From: Callorhinchus milii
Lineage: Eukaryota
Direction: 5' to 3'
NCBI RefSeq assembly: GCF_018977255.1
Contig: NW_024704761.1
Span: 1,240,001 to 1,304,000 of the forward strand
Length of the DNA: 64,000 bases
Shown here: positions 12,741 through 23,160 of the stretch, one piece after another
How positions within the stretch are numbered: position 1 is the first letter of the stretch
Layout: the number at the start of each line of letters is the position of its first letter
Program-made: the position numbers and the translations under genes
Notes under the pieces: model-generated
What the model saw: only the letters and a program-made list of their open reading frames with translations
Told to the model about the DNA's origin: nothing
Databases searched by the model: none

Positions 12741-12883
12741 ATAACATAACATGTAGGAGCAGAGTAGGCCATTCGGCCCTTCGAGCCTCTGCCCCGCCAT
12801 TCAACCATGGCTGATCTTCTAATCTAACTCCAGCTAATAACCTGACGCTGCCTTATCCCCATATCCCTTAATCCCTTTTGCTA
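12741..12883 (-). mobile_element. CR1-type LINE 3' end with (TATGT)n tail, nested in L2
   Basis: acataacatgtaggagcag.agtaggccattcggcccttcgagcc..; apparent TSD ataca. Same family at ~417-490(-) and ~24194-24348(+); related CR1 ends at ~35045-35150 and ~52475-52705. Confidence 0.75.
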
Positions 12884-13393
12884 TACAGTTCAAGATCCTG
12901 ATCCTCACCTTCAAAGTCCTCCATGGCCTTATTCCCACCTACCCTCTGGAACTCCATCCCTCAGTCCCTCTGGCTCACCCCTTTCCCTGCCTTTTTCAAG
13001 ATCCATCTCAAAATCCTCCTCTTCAACCGTGCCTTCGATCGCCTTCCATCCCCCCCTGCCCTCCACCCTCCCCGATAGTGACCCCCAGCTCGGATCCGAA
13101 ACACTGATAGTCCAGTGCCTTGGGACGTTCTTCCAATGTGAAAGGTGCTATACACATGTCATTTTGTTGTTGTTGTATTAACATTTCACTTCAGTGCCTA
13201 ATAAATTTTATTAAACTATGCTCACATATTATCAAGCTCTACTATGGTGCGTCATGGTTCTCAGCCACAGTCGGATAAATAGGTTCTCTGACCTGGCCTG
13301 GCTCTCTGCATGTAGAAGTTAGAATTTTGGGATATGTGAAGTTCGAATAAATTGTGACCCTCCGATGAAGTATGAACTGACACAGATTTCGTT

Positions 13394-14093
13394 TGAAGTA
13401 ATAAAATTTAACTTTGATGAAATGTAGTAAAAGATTATACATTTCATCAAATCAAAATAATGCTTATGACGGGTTAGTAAAGTTCACTGCAATGGGTGAT
13501 TGGATCATACAGTGGCTTTGATGGAGGAATCGACTTGTTAATGTGCGTCGATCCATATTGATTGTAGTACATTCCTCTTTCTTTGAGACTGGTTGCAGTT
13601 AGCTGGTCCTTTCCCAAAACTCACCTCTTCTCCTTTTACCCCAAAATTTCTGGTTCTTTATACCTTTTTGGTCTGTTCAACGTGTTGTTAAAAACACCAG
13701 CTGTAAAACCAAGGACAAACTTCATCTGCCATTATCATTGCATCCATGCAGTTGCGTCATATATGCATCAGCTTTTATGAAGTAACCAGGTCCATGAGTC
13801 TTTGCAGATTTCTCTGGTCAACTTAAGAGAACTCAAAATTCTGGGATTGCTTACAGGTATAAAAGATGTAAAAGAAGCAGTTTTAGTCAGAGTCAGTGAG
13901 ATGCAGAGCTGCCTGCTCCTCTCCCTGGGATAGGTAACTGATCATTACCCATCACTGGCTACCATTATCTTGTCCAGTGGTTCAATGCTCTCTGTATAAC
14001 TGTTGAACTGTAATAAAGCAAACAATTGTTTTAAAATTCAAATTCCACTCATTATTTCACTCGTTAATTAAATCATAAGGAATTTTCCTTTCA
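13394..14093 (+). mobile_element. Possible solo LTR (5' boundary uncertain)
   Basis: TATAAAA at ~13858, AATAAA at ~14013, ends ...aattttcctttCA. Candidate TGAA start at 13394; no perfect TSD. Confidence 0.3.
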
Positions 14094-14329
14094 GGTTTGA
14101 CACTTACTGTGTTCAAACACTGCGTCCGGGATCTCATTCACTCAGCCTCCCCTCAACTCTGATTGATTTATATCTGTTACTCATTTTCTATCAATTACCC
14201 AATTCACATTTATGTAGGAAAGCGTGGGTCCCTCCTGAGAAAATAAAACTGGGACAGTAGTTTTAACAAAACAAGAAAGGTTTATTTTTAACAAGGAATC
14301 TCTACCTCTGTACTCTGTACTCTGTACTC

Positions 14330-16200
14330 AAGGCAATTCGCTCCGCGGCCACTTCCCCTCCAACATCCACCAACCCCCCACCCCCTCACGCCCACACTCC
14401 GACTGCTATCCATCCTCCCCAACTCACTTTTGTACCCGTTTCCCCACCCTCTGTCACCAAACTCATCCTATCCCTGAAACCAACCACCTGCTCCCTTGAC
14501 CCCATCCCCACTCCACTCCTTATCTCCCAGCTCCACTTTCTTGCCCCACATATCACCGACATTGTCAACCTGTCTCTCTCCTCTGGCTCTGTCCCCATTC
14601 CCTTAAAAACTGCCATCATCACGCCCACCCTGAAAAAACCCTCCCTTGATGCGTCGCAGCTATCAAGCTACCGGCCCATCTCCAACCTCCCCTTTCTCTC
14701 CAAGGTCCTGGAAAGAGTTGTCGCCTCCCAACTGCGCTCTTTCCTTTCCACCCATTCACTTTTCGAACCCCTTCAGTCAGGTTTCCGTGCTGCCCATAGC
14801 ACAGAAACTGCCCTGGTCAAGGTCACCAATGATATCCTGACCATCTGTGACCAGGGCTCCCTCTGCCTCCTCGTCCTCCTCGACCTATCGGCAGCATTCG
14901 ATACGGTCGACCACGCTATCCTACTCCACCGCTTGTCCTCCCACCTCAACCTTCAAGGCACTGTCCTTGAGTGGTTTAGGTCGTACCTTTCTCACCGTCT
15001 TCACTTTGTCTCGACAAATGGCTTCTCCTCCACCCCCCGCACTGTCTCATGTGGTGTCCCTCAGGGCTCTGTCCTCGGTCCCCTCCTCTTCACCCTCTAT
15101 ATGCTCCCCCTGTGGTGACATCATCCGCAGACATGGAGTTAACTTCCACATGTATGCGGATGACACCCAACTCTACCTTTCCTCCTCTACTCTCAACTCC
15201 ACGACCCCCGATGTCCTGACAGCTGCCTGTCCGACATCGAGTCCTGGACGAGAGACAACTTTCTTCAGCTCAACGTGCGAAAAACCGAGGCCCTCCTGAT
15301 TGGCTCACGTCAGCGCCTCCGCACCTCAGGCGCTGACACCATCAGCATCCAAGGCTGCACTCTCCACCTCTCAAAGCCAGTCAGGAACCTCGGCGTTTTG
15401 TTCGACCCTGAGCTGTCCTTTCTCCCTCATATCTGCGCCACAACTGGCACCGCCTTCCATCACCTCCGGAACATCGCCAGACTACGGCACTACCTCACCC
15501 CTCACGCTGCTGAAACCCTGGTTCACGCCTTTGTCACCTCAAGGCTGGACTATGGGAACTCTCTCCTCGCCGGCCTTCCCGCCACCTCCCTCCACACTGC
15601 AGGTCATTCAGAACTCTGCAGCTCGTGTACTGTCCCGCACCAGACACCGCGACCACATCACTCCCACCCTCACCCTCGCTCGCCTCCACTGGCTCCCCAT
15701 CCCCCAGAGGATTGATTTCAAGATCCTCATCCTCACCTACAAGGCCATTCACGGCCTCGCTCCCTCCTACCTCTCCAACCTACTATCCCCCTACCTACCT
15801 GCCCGTACCCTCCGTTCCTCTGGCTCCGGTCTGCTCCACGTCCCCCGCCCCAACCGCCCTACCATCGGTGGTCGGGCCTTCAGCCTCTCAGCCCCCAGGC
15901 TCTGGAACTCCATCCCCCAGTGCCTTCGCCGCTTCCTCCCTCTCCTCCTTCAAGGCCGGTCTCAAAACCTTTCTCTTTGACTGAGCCTTCAGCTCCCCTC
16001 TCGACTCTCTTCCCCCTCCTCGCTCCCTCCCTTCCCTCCCCTCTCCCTGACCATTTCCCCCCTCCTCGCTCCCTCCCTTCCCTCCCCTCACCCTGACCAT
16101 TTCCCCCCTGCTCGGGTCATGACCCAACTGTGCAGCGCCTTGGGACGTCCTCCTGACATAAAAGGCGCTTTATAAATGGAATCTTGTTGTTGTTGTTGTT
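14330..16200 (+). mobile_element. 5'-truncated L2-clade LINE with frameshifted reverse transcriptase
   Basis: [49 protein letters not shown] and LHWLPIPQRIDFKIL across frames. (TTG)n tail. Candidate TSD tgtactc at 14323-14329 and 16200-16206. Confidence 0.93.
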
Positions 16201-16284
16201 GTACTCCACCTTCTCCAGACTCTCCTCTCACATTTCCAAGCCCCCAGCCTCATACTGGGGCTCAGTTATTCCTTGGTGCCCAAT

Positions 16285-16613
16285 TATAATAATAATAATA
16301 ATAATAATCCTTGCATTTGATATAGCGCTTTTCACGTCGGGAGGACGTCCCAAAGCGCTTCACAGAACACACTGTAAAGTGAATTGACTGTATATTTGTG
16401 GGCAAACGCGGCAGCCAATTGCGCACAGCAATGTCCCACAAACAGTCGTAGATTGAAAATGACCAATTTATTATTGTTTTTGGTTTTGAAGGGATTATTA
16501 TTAGGCTCTGTGTGGAGTAAGGAAACTTGCCCAAGGTTTGGCCCTCTGCCTGGGATTGAACTCAGGTCTCTCACTTGCAAAGCGAGTGCTCTAACACTGA
16601 GCTACAGGACTCC
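16285..16613 (-). mobile_element. Full-length young tRNA-derived Deu-domain SINE, same subfamily as 1693-2020
   Basis: Near-identical to 1693-2020. 5'-truncated copies of this subfamily also lie at ~5968-6070, ~11299-11401, ~28224-28403 and ~31538-31647. Confidence 0.85.
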
Positions 16614-17668
16614 ATTATCACAACCTGTTAGCTCACTATAGATGCAGGTTAATTAACAATAATGATAAAGGACAGTGACGGGGTGTATTCTCCTATTACA
16701 ATCGATTACTCATTTTCATACAGCAAACAGCAAGTAAAAAAATATTTAACTTGCCATGAGATCACTTTACACTATGAAAGACTCCACCCACAGCTGCCAA
16801 ACTGAGTTATGCAAAATTTTCGGTTTGATATTAACAGTAGGTAACAGTCCTAATCAAGACTTTTCCTGCCAAACCGCCATAGAGTTGACAGAGCTGCAAA
16901 CTGCTGTGGGCAATTCAATATAGGGCTGTGAGAAACAAGCCACAGACGGAGAGAGAGCGAGAGGAGCCTATATCAGGAATTGAAGGTAGGATTATTTGTT
17001 TCATATTGTAATAATAATAATCCTTGCATTTGATATAGCGTTTTATTTATCCAGACGTCTCAAAGCTCTTCACAGAAATATTGTAAAGTGAATTGACTGT
17101 GTACTTTGTGGGCGACACGTGGCAGCCAATTGCGCACAGCAATGTCCCATAAACAGTCGTGGGTTGAGTGAGGGACCAAATTTTGTTTTTCAATTTTTTT
17201 TAAGTGATTATTTTCCCTGGTAAAGCGATCTGCCAATCAACTAACAACCGGGTTCATACTCTCTGCTGGGTGACCAAAGGCATGGGAGTAAGGAAACTTG
17301 CCAAACGTTTCGCCCTGCCCAGCAATCAATCCCAAAGCCTCTCGCTTGTGAAGCGAGTACTCCAACCACTAAGCTACAGGACTCCAGGACTTTATAGTAT
17401 ATCCTATGAAGCACTTTAAGTAGGAATCGGTGATTAGTCGATTGGCGGATTGCTTTCCGGGGTTAATAACCCTATTAATATTAACCTGCTATTCATTGGT
17501 CATGATAGATATTGGTCTTCACATGCATGTAGCTTGTAGTTTTAAACGGGCAAAATCATTTCCACCAGGAAACTCTTTTGGAAGCATATCTTTACAAGAA
17601 TCCTGCTTTGGCTGCACAGTTTGGAAACACAGAGTTAGGGAACAAACACAAGGAAACCTCTGGGTATA

Positions 17669-18709
17669 ATGCGTCAATTCCGTGCGTGTTGGTCTTGTGG
17701 AGGACTTGCTGCAATCTTTCTTGTTGCACAAATCCTGTTTATTCTGTACTGGCACCAAAGAGAAGCAAAACAAACCTGGCATGCTGTTCAGATAAGTCAT
17801 CGGTCCAGCTCTCGTGAGAAAGTCCGTTTTACAGATAAACCCGCTACCTTGTTAGAGATCCAAATGCAGCGGAAACAGAAGCTTCTTGCTGCTTGCGCAG
17901 ATCCCAACTTTACCTTCCCGGGAAAAAATTGGGATTACGATGAAATTCCGAAGAGAGAGTTTGGTAGCTTCATTGCGATTGACAATGTTAAACTGGTGTA
18001 TTGCGCTGTACCCAAAGTTGCCTGCAGCAACTGGAAGCGGGTCCTGGCGATTGTCAGCAACAGCACCGTGTACAAAGACTTGGCACACCTTCCACCTGGC
18101 ATCGAACATGGCCTCTTTGACAAATGGAAGAGCGATAAAGATCTCAAAACGTTTGTGCAGCTTCGCCTGGATACTCACAAGACCTTTATTTTTGTCCGTC
18201 ATCCCTTTGTGCGGCTCATTTCCTTGTTCCGAAATAAGTTTGAGTCACCAAACTCGTATGTCTTCCATCATGTTGCCAGAATGCTCAGGTTGTATGGCAA
18301 TGTCTCCAACATCCCCGAAAACAGTAAGAAACTGTTTGAGATGGGAATCAAACCGACTTTCACCCACTTCATTCAGTATCTTTTGGACCCAAAAAATGAG
18401 AAAGGATTTTTTAATATCCACTGGCGCCAGGTCTATCAAATCTGCCACCCCTGCCAGATAGACTATGACTTCATTGGGAAAATTGAGACCATGGACAAGG
18501 ACATCACGTATTTAATGAACCTTCTCAACCTCAAGGTTGCTTTTCAGTTTCCGTCAAAATATCAGAGTGCGACAACCAATAACCTCTTAAGGAAATATTT
18601 CGGAGACGTTCCGATCAATCTGATCGAAAAGCTCTATAAACTGTACGAACCTGACTTTGTGCTTTTCGGCTACTCCAGACCGCAATTTCTGTACGACGAA
18701 GCAAAGTAG
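17669..18709 (+). CDS. CHST12: Carbohydrate sulfotransferase 12-like, diverged copy 3, 346 aa
   Basis: Intact ORF with TM anchor (..ILFILYW), YCAVPKVACSNWKRV, FVRHPFVRLISLFRNKF, HWRQVYQICHPCQIDYDFIGKIET and LYEPDFVLFGY. Upstream acceptor ttccaccag at ~17567; AATAAA at 18951. Confidence 0.88.
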   Translation: MRQFRACWSCGGLAAIFLVAQILFILYWHQREAKQTWHAVQISHRSSSREKVRFTDKPATLLEIQMQRKQKLLAACADPNFTFPGKNWDYDEIPKREFGSFIAIDNVKLVYCAVPKVACSNWKRVLAIVSNSTVYKDLAHLPPGIEHGLFDKWKSDKDLKTFVQLRLDTHKTFIFVRHPFVRLISLFRNKFESPNSYVFHHVARMLRLYGNVSNIPENSKKLFEMGIKPTFTHFIQYLLDPKNEKGFFNIHWRQVYQICHPCQIDYDFIGKIETMDKDITYLMNLLNLKVAFQFPSKYQSATTNNLLRKYFGDVPINLIEKLYKLYEPDFVLFGYSRPQFLYDEAK

Positions 18710-20134
18710 CAAAACAAACCTGTATCCGTAATCATTGATGGCTTTGACACTAAGATCTATTTCATTTCACTGTACTCACTCCCTTTGTCGGTTCAGAATT
18801 GTAGCTTTGTTAACCCTTGTATTGCTGGCCTGTGTATTCCAGTCTCCCTGAGCTGATCAATTTACTGCTGCTTTAATGTGATTCTGAAATATGTTACATT
18901 GCTAAATCTCCTCCAATTCTACAAAAGCTTTAGTGTGGCAGTTTCATTAAAATAAATGAAATAAACGACAACAACAAATTGCATTTACACAGCGCCTTTC
19001 ACGTCAGGAGGGACATCCCAAGGCGCTGGACACTGAAGGGTTTGGACCCGAGCTGGGGGGGGTCAGAGTCAAGAGGGGTGAAGGGCAAGGGGGGTGCGGG
19101 TGGGAAGATAACCACACGGTCAAAGAGGAAGATCTTGAGATGGATCTTAAAAGAGGCAAGGGAGGGGGTGAGGCAGAGGGGCTCCGGGATGGACGAGGCT
19201 TGATCTCCGATGGTGGACCGGACATGGAGTTGGTCATCACCTGCCCAGCAGAGGAAGTGAACAGGTATGTAACATCTTGAACTCAATCCTCTGAGGGATG
19301 TGTTCGCCTGCAAATGCACAGTCACTGCGCTTCACACTAAATTCCTGCAAGGCACTTTGAGACATTTCGACAACATGATATGAATTGCAGAGATTATTTT
19401 ATACTTATTGTATTCCACACAAAGTCAGCACAACATTGATAACATTTTCACAGTAAAAGGTAAAACTTTCCACACTTTAAATTATATTTTGCACAGAACT
19501 TTTCAATCTGCATTATAGACAGAAAGGAAGAATTATCGTTCTCAGAGTCACGGTATATCTTAAGATCCTGCACTGAAAACATATGCATTTACCTTGTAAA
19601 TAAGCACCGAAACATGGGGAAATGACATAAATGAGGGAGAGTAAAAATCACATTTACGCAAGTAAGTTATTTGACTGATAAAATGATACAGCGATTTTTG
19701 GGGGAAGCTACAAATATGAAAATACTCACTAAGATTTTTTTTCAGTTGGAAAGAAGAAAGAGTTGCATTTTGTTAAGCACTCGTAAGGTTAACGTCAGAC
19801 CAAATCCGACCGTCACAATATTTTCTGTCACCTACACTGACTGCAAACGAGGCAACAATTTTGCACACATCAAAACAGTTCTGAGACCAATGACTGATTA
19901 AGCGGGAGGAATTTGGGGTCAGAAAAGACATTAGAAGTGGTATTAATACCCGATATATCATAGCCTAACACTAATTATATAATTTCCTAACATGCATATA
20001 ATATTATACATTTAATAGAATAGTGGACAACATTTTTTATGCATTACTGCAGCCAAAAAGGATCCACCTGCACTGCCCACTTTAGAGTAATTTGAAATAC
20101 ATTGTGGAATGCCCGTCTTGTTTGCCCGTCAACT

Positions 20135-20530
20135 ATCCTTTCTATCCACATCCGTGCCATGACCTGCTCTGCCTTCCCCCACCTCCGCAACATTGCCCAG
20201 CTCCGCCGCAGTTTCACACCACAGGCCACCGAAACCCTCATACACGCATTCATAACACACAAGCTTGACAGTGCAAACTCCTTGCTTGTCGGTCTCCCCA
20301 ACATCTCCCTCCAAAGGCTGCAGATCATCCAGAACTCTGCAGCCCATGTCCTCTCCCACACCAGGCTCCGTGACCCAATCACCCCCATCCTTGCCCGACT
20401 CCACTGGCTTCCCATCACACAGAGGATACAGTGCAAGATCCTAGTCCTCAACTTCAAAGCCCTCCATGTCCTTGCTCCCGCCTACCTCTGTGACTTCCTA
20501 ACCCCTTACCATCCTGCCTGCTCCCTCCAC
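20135..20530 (+). mobile_element. L2 LINE 3' fragment
   Basis: ORF 20102-20572 reads HLRNIAQLR..TLIHAFIT..LHWLPITQRIQCKIL. Other L2 3' ends at ~52-260(-), ~12884-13178(+), ~18965-19260(-), ~23455-23760(-), ~31690-32110, ~43255-43625(+) and ~46745-47037(+). Confidence 0.8.
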
Positions 20531-22493
20531 TCAGCAGGGCGCTATATAAATCCAAGTTGGTGTTCATGTTGACAATAAAGATCCCATGACAGTATTTCAA
20601 AAAGAGAAGGGAATGTCTCTCTCCCAGTCTCCCTGTCCTGTCCAACAAACCCTCAGATAAAGTTGGCCATTCACTACTTAGCTGTTTGCAGGACTGCACT
20701 ATGCACAAATTCTCTACAAATACTCGGTCGCTTCACTTCACGGAAACTGTGAACCTCTTTGAGATGCCTAGGCGCGATACCAAATGCAAGGATTATTTTT
20801 CATGTCCGACATAAAGCTGCACAGTTACTTTGCTGATTCACACATGTCAGTCAGTCTGCCAAGCAACTAAGTTCAGCACAAGTGAATTTGAGCATGCACT
20901 GAAGAACCAAAACATGGCAAAATTTCTATCAACTTAGCAAGCACAACACCTGCTTCGTTCTTTATTAACACTTCTGCTGGGAGCAGGCTTCAGATGTTAC
21001 ATTGGGATCGGTGTCATTTTGCAGCACCTTGGGGATATTTAGTGGTTAGGAGTGCTGTGGCGAGTGATGTCCCATTTCAGCGCCTTGGGACGTCCTCCTG
21101 ACGTGAAAGGCGCTTTATAAATGTAATCTTGTTGTTGTTGTTGTTGTTGTTGTAACAGCACCCAGTTCTTTAAGAACTCCAGGAAACAGGCTTCAAAGTA
21201 AAAGTTTCCTACCTACCTGTCAAATGATCCCCACCCTCCAAGATAAAATAAGGCAATCATTCACATCAAGGCTGTTTGTGGGGCATCCCACAAACTGGCA
21301 GCTTCATTTGCCTACATAATACATGGTCACAGAAATTGTGTAATGCTGAGACTCTTATATCAGATTATTGTCAATATATCAGATTATTGTTAGAAATTAT
21401 GGTTGGCAAAGATGCAGATCTATTGTTTCACTATTTTTCTATTTTCTTAAGCAATAGATTGTGTACTGTGTAACTTTCTGCCTCTTGACCTGTGTCAAGT
21501 CCTTTCATTCCCGAGCGCACCCTTTTTTTGGAGGGGAGGTGGAGGGAGGGTCCATTTTCCTCATCTCCCTTTCTGTGACCTTGGCACACGGTTGGATTCC
21601 CATGAAAGAACAATTAAAAATTACTCATTATTTGCTGGATCACACTGACCTACACAGTCTCTCTTTTGAGTTACTTTCCGAAGCTAAACCAATGACGACC
21701 AACTAGCAGCATGGGAAAAATGGGAGGTGACGATGTCTGTCATCTTGAATTTCTTTTCTTTTAAGTTTAGGGTGTCCTTTTGATTTTAAATTCTCCTCTC
21801 TGCTTTGCTCTCTGCTCCTGATCCCCAGCTTTCTCGTCTTGGGGTGCTATTGCACGGACGTTGGTTGCACCCTGGACCCCTCTGCCCTCCCTCCCCCAGC
21901 CATTGTTCATGAGCAAACCATGCCAGTGAATGTCGGCAGGTCAATGGACTGTAGCAGGTGCCATAAGAAAGCCTGACCTCTCCACACGTTCAGTTGCTCA
22001 AGCGGTCCATGGAGCAAGAACCCTGGCTGGTTTTCTCCTGCCTAACCTTGGGAAGACTAGGTTCAAATTAGCTTCCCACGTCGCCTGGCTGAAACCAATA
22101 AACCCAAAACTCGGCTTGTGGTATAAATTTAGACAATGACAATAATAATCCTTGCAGTAGTTTTCACATTGATATATTTGAGCTAAACAAGCGAAGGGTT
22201 TAAAGTCTGGTGTCAAGGGACCCAAGTCATCCTAACTCCCATTAATCTAATTGGCTGTGTATCAGTTTCATCCCCAATTAGATAATCAGGCTGTCAATCT
22301 CATAAAGGTCATAAAGGATTGAGTCACTTAAAAGAACCTTTGGGACAGGGTTGCCACACTTGCATAAATAATATCTTGCAGTGGACATTATATTGTTCAC
22401 CTACGTATATACAGTCATGACACTCTAGAGTATATATTGTGAAGCACTTTGAGAAATCCTTTTGATGTCAAAGGCGCTATATCAAATGCAAGG

Positions 22494-22524
<31 letters not shown>

Positions 22525-23160
22525 GTAGAGCATGTTCCAGCAAATGCTTGTAAACTGGGGCAGTAATAATTAAACTGAATAGAACATAAGATAAATAGCT
22601 GGCAAATATAATAAGCTTCAGAATCCATAAAAGACTTAAAGATGTTTGCTTTATGACTTGTTAAAATTAGAAAATGTATCTCATAGTTTGTGAATTTCTT
22701 AAGGAGTGTCACACGATGTGAGGAAAGATGACCTTCACAATTTGGCTTAATGTAGAATTGGTGGAACTGTAACTTGACACTACTGTGCGCAATTGGCTGC
22801 CCACAAAACATACAGCCAATTCACGTTACAGTATATTCTGTGAAGCGCTTTAAGCCGTCTCGAAGACATGATAAGGCGCTATTATCAAATGCAAGGATTA
22901 TATTATTATTATTAACTGTATCTTGACTCATACGGAACTTTTCAACTGACTGCGCAGTTGAAAGAGAGGAGAAACAGTGTGAGCGAGAGAGAACAAGGAA
23001 GTGAGAGGAAAGAGGGAAACTAAAAGAAGAAAGAAAAGAGTTGATGATGAAATCCATCAGCTAAGACATACAGGAGAGGGACCAGCAAAGTGGATTAATG
23101 GAAATAAAGGCATCAAATCTACAAGGCTTTGACGAGAGCGAGCAGTGGAGAGACAGGGTG

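Larger units (their letters stand above)
2086..12748. repeat. Direct tandem segmental duplication: unit 1 2086-7415, unit 2 7416-12748
   Basis: All ORFs recur at +5330. Junction reads ...aggatacataacata|attggctgctgagtg. By eye only ~8 substitutions and 2 small indels separate the units. Confidence 0.97.
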
